This document shows, piece by piece, positions 37,388 through 47,590 of a stretch of DNA of 64,000 bases. The position numbers were made by a program, and so were the translations under genes. A model generated the notes under the pieces. That model made no database searches, was not told the origin of the DNA, and saw nothing but the letters and a program-made list of their open reading frames with translations. The first letter of the stretch is position 1, and every line of letters begins with the position of its first letter. Source of the stretch: a virus. Its lineage: Duplodnaviria > Caudoviricetes. The DNA lies in the IMG/VR virus record IMGVR_UViG_3300005611_002069, positions 1 through 64,000 of that record; one strand, given 5' to 3'.

Positions 37388-38353
37388 ATGACAAAAATTT
37401 TATGTAGTGCTGACTGGCATATACTTTTACACAAAAAGAAGGTTCCATATGATTGGCAAGTAGGTAGATTTAAAGCTATGTTCAGAAAGCTAATTGCCCT
37501 AGAACAGCGGTGTGATGTGCATATTATTGCTGGTGACATATTTGATAAAAAACCTGAGCCAGATGAAATCTGTTTATTTTTAAGCTATATCAATTCAGTC
37601 ACAATTCCCACATACATTATCCCTGGCAATCACGAAGCCACTAGAAAAGGAGAATCATTTTTTGAATACTTTACTCAAGAGAATGCCATCAAAAATGAGA
37701 ACGTCACTGTGTTTACTAGAAACGGACGTGCGAGTGTTGGTGAAGCGAATTTTTGCTTTTTTCCGTATGGGGAAATGCAAAAAGACAATCTCCCTAATTA
37801 CGTGGAAGGCGACATACTGGTTACACATATTCGCGGAGAAGTGCCGCCGCATGTATCGCCAGAATATGACTTTTCCCGTCTCGCCCCTTGGCGCTTATGT
37901 TTACTTGGTGACTTACACTTTAATCATCGTTATGGTGACAGCGACTGTTACTATCCTGGTAGTCCACTAAATACTACTTTTGATCGTGATGAGAAACGTC
38001 AATATGGTGTAGATATCTATGACTTTAGTAGCGATAAAGACTATAAACGTGAGTTTGTAGATTTACAACTACCAAAGCTAGTTCGTAAACGTATTGTAGC
38101 TGGAGAACCTATGCCTGAAGATAAAATAAATCATGTGGTGTATGAAGTTACTGGCTCAGTAGATGAACTAACTAAGATTGAGAATACAGAACTGCTAGAT
38201 AAGAAGATAGCATCTGCACCTGATGACACCTCCAAACTAGACTTAAAAAATAAAACTACATTTGAAGAGCTAGAGTTATACTTAGACTATATTAAGATTA
38301 AAGATAAAACTGCTGTACTAAGTGAGTTCAAAGAGTTAAATATAAATGTGTGA
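37388..38353 (+). CDS. T5 D12-like SbcD/Mre11 nuclease
   Basis: SADWH; AGDIFD; PGNHE; LGDLH; YPGSP. Confidence 0.9.
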   Translation: MTKILCSADWHILLHKKKVPYDWQVGRFKAMFRKLIALEQRCDVHIIAGDIFDKKPEPDEICLFLSYINSVTIPTYIIPGNHEATRKGESFFEYFTQENAIKNENVTVFTRNGRASVGEANFCFFPYGEMQKDNLPNYVEGDILVTHIRGEVPPHVSPEYDFSRLAPWRLCLLGDLHFNHRYGDSDCYYPGSPLNTTFDRDEKRQYGVDIYDFSSDKDYKREFVDLQLPKLVRKRIVAGEPMPEDKINHVVYEVTGSVDELTKIENTELLDKKIASAPDDTSKLDLKNKTTFEELELYLDYIKIKDKTAVLSEFKELNINV

Positions 38354-39317
38354 TGTTACCTATAATAGGGTGTTCTGGGAATATCTTCAGACTAAATCTT
38401 ATATGCGACCTCTAAGCAGCTACTTTTGTCATGAGCTAGTACCTAGTCTTGGCGTTAAAGTTCTTGATCCGCCCTACAAAAAGTGTGATGACTTTAAAAA
38501 AGACTATACATGGTTAGTTCGCAACTTTAAACGCAGATATCCTCATAAACGGTTTGTGCTTGCGCTATCAGGTGGCATAGACTCTGAGGTGTGTGCAGAA
38601 ACCTTTTATCAACTAGATATTCCTTTTAGAGCTGTCAGTTTACGTTTATTTGACGGAGCAAATGATTTTGACATCGCATTTGCGGCTAGATACTGCAAAA
38701 CACGGAACATTGATTACAAAATTTATAATCTTTCACTCTCACACTTAAAGAGTTCAGTAATCCCAAAAGCCGTCGAGTTTGGACAGTTTACACATTCTGC
38801 TTCTCAATGTGCGCTAACACACTTATTTGAGCATGTAGATGATGATGAAATTCTAATAATGAGCGGACATAATCCAGACTATCATCCACAGTTAGGTTTT
38901 GGTTGGATGGAAGACTCTATCAATATGGTAAAGTATGCTATAAACACTGATAATCGGTTTATGACTTTTACTAGCCTTGAGCCTATCTTTGTTCACTATA
39001 TGAAAAATTTTGATGCAAGCTTGCCTGGTGGAAAGAATAACGATTTTATCTATAAGGCATTTCCTGCTTTATCAATAAGAAAAAAAATGACAGGATGGGA
39101 AGCTGCTTTAGATCAGCAATCTGAGTGTGAATCTATAGTTAGAAAACTTTCTAATCATGCATATGCAACATTCGTAACATGGCCCGAGCTTACTCTAAGA
39201 CGTAAACTAGAAGTAGAAAAAAAGTTAGATGAGTATTTTCAAAAGCACAAATTACAAGATACTTGGTTATCATACAAATTACAAAAAGGAGTAAAAAGTG
39301 GCATATATAAAACTTAA
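38346..39317 (+). CDS. PP-loop (adenine nucleotide alpha-hydrolase) family protein
   Basis: LALSGGIDSEV PP-loop motif. Confidence 0.6.
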   Translation: MCDVTYNRVFWEYLQTKSYMRPLSSYFCHELVPSLGVKVLDPPYKKCDDFKKDYTWLVRNFKRRYPHKRFVLALSGGIDSEVCAETFYQLDIPFRAVSLRLFDGANDFDIAFAARYCKTRNIDYKIYNLSLSHLKSSVIPKAVEFGQFTHSASQCALTHLFEHVDDDEILIMSGHNPDYHPQLGFGWMEDSINMVKYAINTDNRFMTFTSLEPIFVHYMKNFDASLPGGKNNDFIYKAFPALSIRKKMTGWEAALDQQSECESIVRKLSNHAYATFVTWPELTLRRKLEVEKKLDEYFQKHKLQDTWLSYKLQKGVKSGIYKT

Positions 39318-41127
39318 GAAACTAGAGTTTTCTAATCTATTTTCATATGGCAAAAATAATGTGATTAACTTTGAGAAAAATAAGATCAGTCAACTAACCG
39401 CTCCGAATGGTAGTGGTAAAACCTCTATCGCTATGATTCTTCAAGAAACACTTTTCAATAAGAATATTAAATCTATAAAAAAGAATGATTTACTCAATAG
39501 GTGGTCAAGCTCTAAAACATGGTCTAGTACTCTCTATTTTACAACAAATTCAAAAAACTATGAAATATCTGTAAAACGCGTTGGTGCACAAACTAAGATA
39601 CAACTGCTAGAGGAAGGAGTTGACATAAGTGACCATAAAGTATTAGATACTTATAAAAAAATTCAAGAGATTGTAGGCTTAGATTTTGAAGTTTTTTCTC
39701 AACTCACTTATCAATCATCAGTAGATTTACTAGACTTTCTAAAAGCGACAGACACCAATAGAAAAAAGTTTCTCATTAACTTATTCAATCTTGAAAAGTA
39801 TGTAAATATAGGAGAAACAATAAAAGTAAAGTTAAATACTACAGATAAAGAACTAGCTAAGATTAGTGGTGAGCTAAAGTCTATTGAAGACTTTTTAAAT
39901 AATGTTGTTATACCAGAAAAACAAACAGAAAAAGCAGTGCCTGACATTGATGAGTCGCTACAACAAAGAATTGGTGTTTTAGATGAACAGCTAAAAAACT
40001 ACTTTGAAACCTGTAAAAAGATAGATAAAAATAATCTATACATAAAAGAGAGAGAAAATTTAAGATTTAAAATTGATATGCCTGCTCCTTTATCTTTTGA
40101 TAAATTTAATGAGTATACAGATGCAAAAAATGAATTACGTAGTATTCAACAAGATATAGCAAGATGGAAAAAAGAAATGACAGGGTTAGATACTAATGAT
40201 ACTTGTCCTGCCTGTGGTCAGTCAATAGATAACTCTCATGCTACTCTATTAATTCATAATAATAAAGCAAAAATCATAAATGCTGAGAATAACTATAACG
40301 AAAAACTAACACAAGTAAAAGAGTGGAGTGATGAGATTAAAGAGATCGAAACTCAACAAAAACGGTATGAATTAAATCAGTCTGCTATAGAAAAGTTTGA
40401 ATCTTTATCGCAGATCATAGATAATAGCATACCTGTTGAATATCCAGATGTTGACATGATTCAAAAGGAAAAAAAGGAGCTACTAGAAAAATACAAAATT
40501 CAAAAAGCTGTGGTAGACGAAATAGTAGAATTTAATAAACAAGTTGGAGTAAATAATGCTAAAGTCGAAGCACTAGAAGAGCAAAAAACGGATTTTATAA
40601 ATAGACAAGCTCTTGTTAAAAATGATACATTAGTCTTACAAAATTCGTTGAATAATCTAAACATTTTAAAGAAAGCCTTTAGTACCTCAGGGATAGTAGC
40701 TTTCAAATTAGAAAATTTAACAAAAGAGCTTCAAAACTCAATTAACTATTATCTATCACTTCTAAGTGATGGTCAGTTTCAAGTCAAGTTTACATTAGAT
40801 AGAGAAAAACTAAATATAATTGTAGTTAATAATGGTGTAAGCACCCCGATAGAAACTGTTTCAGGTGGAGAATTTAGCAGAATTCAGACGGCTATTTTAC
40901 TAGCCATAAGAAACCTGTTGTCAAAACTAGGTGGCAGCAGTATCAATCTTCTTTTCTTAGATGAAATTACGGGTGTGTTAGATGACGAAGGAAAAGAAAA
41001 GTTGATAGAAGTTTTACAGATAGAAGAAAATCTTAATGTATTTCTTATATCACACGACTTTACTCATCCGTTAATAGATCAAATACAGATAACAAAGAAC
41101 AATAATATAAGTTCGATAGAGGTATAA
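39298..41127 (+). CDS. T5 D13-like SbcC/Rad50 ATPase
   Basis: APNGSGKT; CPACG zinc hook within coiled coil; VSGGE; FLDE; ISHD. Confidence 0.92.
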   Translation: MAYIKLKKLEFSNLFSYGKNNVINFEKNKISQLTAPNGSGKTSIAMILQETLFNKNIKSIKKNDLLNRWSSSKTWSSTLYFTTNSKNYEISVKRVGAQTKIQLLEEGVDISDHKVLDTYKKIQEIVGLDFEVFSQLTYQSSVDLLDFLKATDTNRKKFLINLFNLEKYVNIGETIKVKLNTTDKELAKISGELKSIEDFLNNVVIPEKQTEKAVPDIDESLQQRIGVLDEQLKNYFETCKKIDKNNLYIKERENLRFKIDMPAPLSFDKFNEYTDAKNELRSIQQDIARWKKEMTGLDTNDTCPACGQSIDNSHATLLIHNNKAKIINAENNYNEKLTQVKEWSDEIKEIETQQKRYELNQSAIEKFESLSQIIDNSIPVEYPDVDMIQKEKKELLEKYKIQKAVVDEIVEFNKQVGVNNAKVEALEEQKTDFINRQALVKNDTLVLQNSLNNLNILKKAFSTSGIVAFKLENLTKELQNSINYYLSLLSDGQFQVKFTLDREKLNIIVVNNGVSTPIETVSGGEFSRIQTAILLAIRNLLSKLGGSSINLLFLDEITGVLDDEGKEKLIEVLQIEENLNVFLISHDFTHPLIDQIQITKNNNISSIEV

Positions 41128-41128
41128 C

Positions 41129-42871
41129 ATGGTAGAAATAAATTTAAAACAAGATAAAAATATTACAGAACAAGCAATGAAGTTGTTAAAAGACTATTAT
41201 TGTCGAGACGGTGAGACTAGCCCTCAACAAGCTTTCGCAAGAGCTGCTGCTTGTTATAGTCCTAACAATGCTTTTGCACAAAGAATTTATGACTATGTAT
41301 CTAAAGGGTGGTTTATGTTTGCATCTCCAGTACTTTCAAATGCTGTAAAACCTGGAGAAAAAGTAAAAGCATTACCGATTTCTTGTTTTTTAACATATGT
41401 TCCTGACTCATTAGAAGGTTTGATTGATCATACAGCTGAACTCAGATGGTTGTCTGTTAAAGGTGGAGGAGTAGGAGGTCATTGGAGTGATGTTAGAGCT
41501 GTATCAGATAAAGCTCCAGGTCCTATGCCGTTTTTATCCACTGTAGATGCAGATATGGTAGCTTATAGACAAGGTAAAACACGTAAGGGTAGCTATGCTG
41601 CTTACCTTGATATTGACCATCCTGACATTATTGAATTTGTAAATATGAGAATACCTACAGGTGACGTAAATCGAAAATGCTTAAACTTACATAATGCTGT
41701 TAATATCACAGACAAATTTATGCAAGCAGTTGAAAACAACGAAGACTGGTATCTTTTAGATCCTAATGACAGAAGTGTTAGAGACACAATCTCAGCAAGA
41801 AAACTTTGGGAAACTCTACTAGAAACTAGATTTAGAACAGGTGAACCATATTTAAATTTTATTGATACAGCTAATAGGGCATTACCTCAACCTATGAAAG
41901 ATAAAGGGTTAGTATTAAAAGGCTCTAACTTGTGTAACGAAATTCATTTACCGACTAGTAAAGATAGAACTGCTGTTTGTTGTCTATCTTCTGTAAATAT
42001 AGAAAAGTTTGATGAGTGGAAAGATACAGACATGATTAAAGATCTTACTAAGTTCTTAGATTATGTACTACAATTTTTTATCGATCATGCAGGAGATGAG
42101 ATAAGTCGTGCAAGATACTCTGCACAACAAGAACGATCATTAGGGTTAGGTGCTATGGGATTGCACTCATATTATCATAAACACAGAGTGCCTTTTGAAT
42201 CTGCTAAAGCAGCACTTATAAATGAGACAATATTTAAGCATATAAAAGAACAAGCCCTAGAAGCTACTCTTGAAATGGGTAAAGAATTAGGTGAGTGTCC
42301 AGACATGGCAGGAACAGGTAGAAGAAACTCTCATATGTTAGCAATAGCTCCTAATGCTAATAGCTCTATATTATGTGATACATCTCCTTCTATAGAACCT
42401 TCTAAAGCTAATGCTTATACTCATAGAACTCGTGCAGGTTCACACTTAATTAAGAATAGATACTTAGAGGAAGAATTAGAAAAGTTAGGAAAAAACAATG
42501 AAAAAGTATGGACAAGCATTATAACTAGTGGTGGTTCTGTACAACATCTTAAGTTTTTATCTGACGAATTAAAAGCAGTATTTAAAACTGCAATAGAACT
42601 TGATCAGTCAAAAATAGTAGAACAAGCGGCTGCTAGACAAAAATATTTATGCCAAGGTCAGTCACTAAATGTGTTTTTTCCTGCAGGAGCTAGTAAAAGT
42701 TATATACACAAGGTGCACTATCTTGCATGGAAACTAGGCTGTAAAGGACTATACTATTTAAGAACTGAGACTACGCAACGGGCAGAAAATGTTGCTGAAA
42801 AAATTAAAAGAGACAAATTAAAAGATTTTGTGGCACAAGAAGATGAATCTTGTGTAGCATGTGAAGGATAA
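41129..42871 (+). CDS. nrdA: Class I ribonucleotide reductase alpha subunit, no ATP cone
   Basis: ASPVLSN; ISCF; GSNLCNEI; APNANSS; GLYYLR; C-terminal CVAC. Confidence 0.95.
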   Translation: MVEINLKQDKNITEQAMKLLKDYYCRDGETSPQQAFARAAACYSPNNAFAQRIYDYVSKGWFMFASPVLSNAVKPGEKVKALPISCFLTYVPDSLEGLIDHTAELRWLSVKGGGVGGHWSDVRAVSDKAPGPMPFLSTVDADMVAYRQGKTRKGSYAAYLDIDHPDIIEFVNMRIPTGDVNRKCLNLHNAVNITDKFMQAVENNEDWYLLDPNDRSVRDTISARKLWETLLETRFRTGEPYLNFIDTANRALPQPMKDKGLVLKGSNLCNEIHLPTSKDRTAVCCLSSVNIEKFDEWKDTDMIKDLTKFLDYVLQFFIDHAGDEISRARYSAQQERSLGLGAMGLHSYYHKHRVPFESAKAALINETIFKHIKEQALEATLEMGKELGECPDMAGTGRRNSHMLAIAPNANSSILCDTSPSIEPSKANAYTHRTRAGSHLIKNRYLEEELEKLGKNNEKVWTSIITSGGSVQHLKFLSDELKAVFKTAIELDQSKIVEQAAARQKYLCQGQSLNVFFPAGASKSYIHKVHYLAWKLGCKGLYYLRTETTQRAENVAEKIKRDKLKDFVAQEDESCVACEG

Positions 42872-44123
42872 AGAAATGAATATTAGAATAGTAACAAAAA
42901 AAGATTGTCCATTTTGTGTAATGGCTAAAAACTGGTTTAAAGAGCATGGAATCGAATACGAAGAACAACTCATGGAAAGAGAAGAAGATAGATTAGCTTT
43001 TTATCAAACATTAAATGATATGGAAGAAACTATCGGTAAAAATGACAGAACAAGACGTATTAATTCTGTACCTCAAATATTTATTGATGATGAAAGAATA
43101 GGTGGATATGATAATCTTATGAGAATGAGTGATTCTTTAATTAAGAAAACCTCTGGTGGATTATTAAACTTTAGTGAAACTTACAAACCCTTTCATTATC
43201 CCTGGGCTGTAGAAATCACTACCAGACATGAAAAAGTGCATTGGATTGAAGATGAACTTGATCTATCTGAGGATGTAACAGATTGGAAAGGTGGTAAAGT
43301 CAGCGCAATAGAAAAAGAATATATAACAAATATTCTTAGGTTATTTACCCAGTCAGATGTTGCAGTAGGGCAAAACTACTATGATCAGTTTATTCCAAAG
43401 TTTAAGAATAATGAGGTAAGAAATATGCTTGGCTCTTTTGCTTCAAGAGAGGGTATACACCAAAGAGCATATGCGTTGCTTAATGAAACTTTAGGACTTC
43501 CTGATTCAGAATATCATGCATTTTTAGAATACTCTGAAATGGCAGACAAAATTGAGTTTATGATGGATTCAAATGTTAATACTCAAAGAGGTCTAGGATT
43601 AGCACTAGCTAAGTCTGTATTTAATGAGGGTGTAGCTTTATTCGCATCTTTTGTTATGCTTCTTAACTTTCAAAGATCAGGTAAAATGAAAGGTATGGGT
43701 AAAGTTGTTGAGTGGTCTATTAGAGATGAGTCCATACATGTTGAAGGTATAGCTAAAGTTTTTAGACAATATTGTTTAGAGTATCCTAGAATTGTAGGAG
43801 ATAAATTCAAAGCTGATATTTATAATATGTCTACTCTATCAGTTGAACTAGAAGATAAGTTCGTTGACTTAGCTTATAGTATGGGAGATATTGAAGGCTT
43901 ATCAGCTGATGATGTAAAAACATATATAAGATATATAACTGATCGTAGATTATTACAACTAGGACTAAAACCGAACTTTAAGGTAAAAGAAAATCCTTTA
44001 CCTTGGCTCGAATGGGTTCTAAATGGAGCCGATCACACTAACTTTTTCGAAAATCGTGTGACAGAATATGAAGTGGCTGGTCTTACTGGCTCATGGGAAG
44101 AAGCATACAAGGAGGTTGCATGA
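42861..44123 (+). CDS. nrdB: Glutaredoxin-NrdB fusion (RNR beta subunit)
   Basis: CPFC, SVPQIFI, IGGYD Grx domain, then FTQSD, EGIHQRAY, WSIRDESIH. Confidence 0.93.
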   Translation: MKDKEMNIRIVTKKDCPFCVMAKNWFKEHGIEYEEQLMEREEDRLAFYQTLNDMEETIGKNDRTRRINSVPQIFIDDERIGGYDNLMRMSDSLIKKTSGGLLNFSETYKPFHYPWAVEITTRHEKVHWIEDELDLSEDVTDWKGGKVSAIEKEYITNILRLFTQSDVAVGQNYYDQFIPKFKNNEVRNMLGSFASREGIHQRAYALLNETLGLPDSEYHAFLEYSEMADKIEFMMDSNVNTQRGLGLALAKSVFNEGVALFASFVMLLNFQRSGKMKGMGKVVEWSIRDESIHVEGIAKVFRQYCLEYPRIVGDKFKADIYNMSTLSVELEDKFVDLAYSMGDIEGLSADDVKTYIRYITDRRLLQLGLKPNFKVKENPLPWLEWVLNGADHTNFFENRVTEYEVAGLTGSWEEAYKEVA

Positions 44124-44509
44124 CCACCAACTTTGAAAGAGTAAAAGTCTTTATGGAAACATTTGGACAAGAAGTAAAATCAGAAATTGAGTTACCCGAT
44201 AAAAATACTCAAAAACTAAGAGTTCGTTTAATACAAGAAGAACTTACTGAGTTAATACAGGCATTAGCAGTAGAAGATGAAGTAGAAGTAGCAGATGCAT
44301 TGACCGATATACTATATGTTACTTATGGAGCAGGTCATGCTTTTGGAATAGACCTTGATGCTTGTTTTAAAGAAGTTCAAGAATCAAACATGAGTAAACT
44401 AGGAGCTGATGGGAAACCTGTATATAGATCAGACGGTAAAGTACAAAAAGGTCCAAACTACTGGAAACCAAATCTGCATAAGATACTATATAAGGAATTA
44501 AATGGCTAA
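44120..44509 (+). CDS. MazG-like all-alpha NTP pyrophosphohydrolase (DR2231-type)
   Basis: LIQEELTEL; VADALTDILYV; SNMSKL; DGKVQKGPNYWKP; AGGAGG RBS. Confidence 0.88.
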   Translation: MTTNFERVKVFMETFGQEVKSEIELPDKNTQKLRVRLIQEELTELIQALAVEDEVEVADALTDILYVTYGAGHAFGIDLDACFKEVQESNMSKLGADGKPVYRSDGKVQKGPNYWKPNLHKILYKELNG

Positions 44510-45203
44510 CGGAAATAGCAACGGAAAACACCACTTACGTAGGGTGCGAATAGACGACCTACTAACACACGACCCTATTACAATAAATCAGAAAAAAGTT
44601 TACGAAGCATATAAAAAAGGTAACAATCTTTTTCTTCATGGCATAGCTGGAACAGGTAAAACATTTATTAGTTTATACTTAGCTCTCGAAGAAGTCTTAG
44701 ATAGAAGTAGTGTGTATAATGACATAATCATTGTTAGAAGTGCAGTTACTACTAGAGATATAGGTTTTCTGCCAGGCGATGAACAAGAAAAAGTTTCTAT
44801 GTACGAAGCTCCGTATAGGTCAATCTGTGCGGAGCTTTTTAATGTAAAAGATGCTTATGACTCACTTAAAGCACAAGGCAATGTAAAGTTTATGAGTACG
44901 TCTTTCATTAGGGGCATAACGATAAATCACGCCATAGTGATTGTGGATGAATGTCAGAACTTGAATTTTCATGAACTTGATAGTATAATAACTAGAGTTG
45001 GAAAAGACGCAAAAATTATATTCTGTGGAGATTACAACCAAACAGACTTACAAAAAGATAATGATAAGAAGGGTGTTCTTGAATTTATGAAAATACTCTC
45101 TGAAGTTAATCACTTTGAAAAAGTTGAATTTGTAATAGATGACATTGTAAGGTCTGACTTTTTAAAAGAGTACATAATAGCAAAATATAAACTAGGATTT
45201 TAG
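44502..45203 (+). CDS. phoH: PhoH-like ATPase
   Basis: GIAGTGKT; IGFLPG; FIRGIT; IVDECQN; CGDYNQTD; IVRS. Confidence 0.93.
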   Translation: MANGNSNGKHHLRRVRIDDLLTHDPITINQKKVYEAYKKGNNLFLHGIAGTGKTFISLYLALEEVLDRSSVYNDIIIVRSAVTTRDIGFLPGDEQEKVSMYEAPYRSICAELFNVKDAYDSLKAQGNVKFMSTSFIRGITINHAIVIVDECQNLNFHELDSIITRVGKDAKIIFCGDYNQTDLQKDNDKKGVLEFMKILSEVNHFEKVEFVIDDIVRSDFLKEYIIAKYKLGF

Positions 45204-45214
45204 AGTAATAACTC

Positions 45215-45736
45215 ATGTTCGTAAAAGAAGTAAAAATAGACTTTGATTTTAATTTTGAAGAGGTTGCTTGGGAAGAACACGCCCATAATTGCATACCATA
45301 TCAAAAAGTAGAACTTAAAGATGTGCATGATAAGGTTGGTGGTTTTCCAAAATCATTAACTGTAAAGAACACTATGTTTTATCAAAAATTTTTTACTAGA
45401 GAAGAGATAGATTATAAAAATTTAGAAGAGCAATTAGGGATAGAAGCTGTTACGGTATCTATTATTAAACAACCTCCAGGTATGACTAATCCATTACATA
45501 GAGATACTTTTTACCAGATAAATAAACTTTACCCTAATGATAAAAGACTTAAAGTAAGAGCTAATATCCAACTACTAGATTGGAAAGATGGTCATTTTCT
45601 TCAATATAATAAAACAGTGGTTAGTCATTGGAAAAAGAACACAGGACATATGTGGGATTCAGACGTGTTACATCTAGCAGTAAATGCAGGTTTAGAAGAT
45701 AGATACTCACTACAAGTATCAGGATTTTTACAATGA
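45215..45736 (+). CDS. Cupin/2OG-Fe(II)-type oxygenase
   Basis: QPPGMTNPLHRD; LHLAVNAG; RYSLQVSG. Confidence 0.65.
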   Translation: MFVKEVKIDFDFNFEEVAWEEHAHNCIPYQKVELKDVHDKVGGFPKSLTVKNTMFYQKFFTREEIDYKNLEEQLGIEAVTVSIIKQPPGMTNPLHRDTFYQINKLYPNDKRLKVRANIQLLDWKDGHFLQYNKTVVSHWKKNTGHMWDSDVLHLAVNAGLEDRYSLQVSGFLQ

Positions 45737-46575
45737 TAAGATTCAAAGGAGCAACCAGTGTTGCTGATGTTGAAGTTCTGTATAAAATTCATGAAGGGCA
45801 TCAAGAGTGTAAAGTAAAAGACTTCCTTGAAGAGTATAAAGAATGGATGCAAAAAGGACATAATATTAATGGACTGGACAAGTTTACCCACCTTAGTTAT
45901 GCAAATGGAACTACTGAGGTATTTGATAAGTTTTATCTTAGGCATTTAGAAAAAAGATTAAGATTTTTTAAAGGTGAATACTACTATCATAGTATAGCTG
46001 CAAGAGAGTGGTTTAGAGATAGATTTGCCTTTATTGAAGATGATGTTATAAAAAATGATGACGTAGTAGTTATAAGTGTACCTTTTAGTGATACAGGAAA
46101 TTTACATTTCTATTATGATTGGCTGATGAAAGAGTGTTGCGAAAAAAATGTTCCTGTTTTGGTAGACATGGCATACATAAACCTAACAAAAAACTTTGAG
46201 TTGTCTCTTGATTATGATTGTATAGAAACAGTAGCAACAAGTCTAAGTAAAGTATTTCCTGTGCAGTATTATAGAATAGGAATGAGACTTAATAAAGAGT
46301 TTAGAGATGATACTTTAGATGCTTACACTGATCAAAACTATGTAAATCAGACCAGTGTTAACATGGGTTGTCATTTAATTAATAATTTTAGTAATACTCA
46401 CACATATAATAAATACATTAATAAACAGAAAAAAATATGCTGGGAGCTTGATGTTGAGCCTAGTGATTGCGTAATATTTGGGATAGATAAAAAAAATTTT
46501 CACCCAAAGCTAAACAGAGGCGGTAAGACTAATAGATTGTGTTTCAGCAGATTATGGGGTAACAATGGCGTGTAA
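45733..46575 (+). CDS. Fold-type I PLP-dependent enzyme (aminotransferase-like, short)
   Basis: ISVPFS; VLVDMAY (Asp binding PLP); TSLSKVF (PLP lysine); RIGMR. Confidence 0.7.
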   Translation: MIRFKGATSVADVEVLYKIHEGHQECKVKDFLEEYKEWMQKGHNINGLDKFTHLSYANGTTEVFDKFYLRHLEKRLRFFKGEYYYHSIAAREWFRDRFAFIEDDVIKNDDVVVISVPFSDTGNLHFYYDWLMKECCEKNVPVLVDMAYINLTKNFELSLDYDCIETVATSLSKVFPVQYYRIGMRLNKEFRDDTLDAYTDQNYVNQTSVNMGCHLINNFSNTHTYNKYINKQKKICWELDVEPSDCVIFGIDKKNFHPKLNRGGKTNRLCFSRLWGNNGV

Positions 46576-47590
46576 CAATGATTGGAGTCCTTTAGAAGAG
46601 ATAATAGTTGGAACAGCAGATTATGCTTCTATACCTTTGACTAATATAAGCACTATGAAATGCCAGTTTCCAGAGTATGAAGAAGAATATATCAAACAAT
46701 ACACTGGTTTTTTCCCACAACAAATTATTGATGAACAAAATGAAGACTTAGAAAAATTATCTGATGTTCTAAAAAAACTAGGTGTAAAAGTCCACAGACC
46801 AGACACACAGTACGCGGAAACAGAAACTGTGTCACCCAACTGGAGAGGTAAAAACTGGCACTATCATTGTCCTCGTGATTTAACATTAGTTGTTGGAGAT
46901 ACACTTATAGAAACTCCTTCACCAATCTGGAATCGTCAATACGAGACTTGGGCTTATAGGAAGATTTTTACAGAACTGTTTAATGAAGGATATAATTGGG
47001 TAAAGGCGCCTATTCCTATTCTTTATGATGAAAATTATAAAGAGAACACAAAAGGAGTTCCTGCTCTTAATAATCTAGAAATTTTATTTGAAGCGGCAAA
47101 CTGTATAAGAATCAACGAAGATATATTGTATCAAGTTTCAAACACAGGAAATGAAAATGGTGCTAAATGGTTACAGCGTACCTTAGGAGATAAGTATAAA
47201 GTTCATGTAGCTACAGATCTGTATTCATATGCACATCTAGATAGCACGATAGTGCCTTTGAGAGAAGGCTTAGTGCTTTATAATGCACACAGAGTCACAC
47301 CACAGAATGAGCCTGAGATATTTAAGTCATGGGATAAAATCTGGATAAATGAGTGTGTAGGGCCTGATACTTCACCCTTTAATCTGCCTTGGGGTGCTAG
47401 TGAGTGGATTGGTTTAAATCTTTTAAGTATAAACGAAAATCTTGCTATTGTAGACAAGAAACAAACACAAATACATGAAAGAATGAAGTCTTTTGGAATT
47501 GAAACAATACCACTTGAACTCAGGCATGATAGAATTATAAGTGGAGGATTTCATTGCGTAACGCTGGACTTAAAAAGAAAAATATCATAA
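46565..47590 (+). CDS. Amidinotransferase, StrB1 (inosamine-phosphate amidinotransferase)-like
   Basis: DWSPLEEIIVG; CPRD; FEAAN; GNENGAKWLQ; HLDSTIVPLREG; WIGLNLL; GGFHCVTLD. Confidence 0.92.
   Translation: MACNNDWSPLEEIIVGTADYASIPLTNISTMKCQFPEYEEEYIKQYTGFFPQQIIDEQNEDLEKLSDVLKKLGVKVHRPDTQYAETETVSPNWRGKNWHYHCPRDLTLVVGDTLIETPSPIWNRQYETWAYRKIFTELFNEGYNWVKAPIPILYDENYKENTKGVPALNNLEILFEAANCIRINEDILYQVSNTGNENGAKWLQRTLGDKYKVHVATDLYSYAHLDSTIVPLREGLVLYNAHRVTPQNEPEIFKSWDKIWINECVGPDTSPFNLPWGASEWIGLNLLSINENLAIVDKKQTQIHERMKSFGIETIPLELRHDRIISGGFHCVTLDLKRKIS

Noticed and set aside
38346-39317. QueC / 7-deazaguanine DNA modification
   Set aside because: Only the generic PP-loop is present; no QueC zinc motif and no folE, queD, queE or dpdA in the window.
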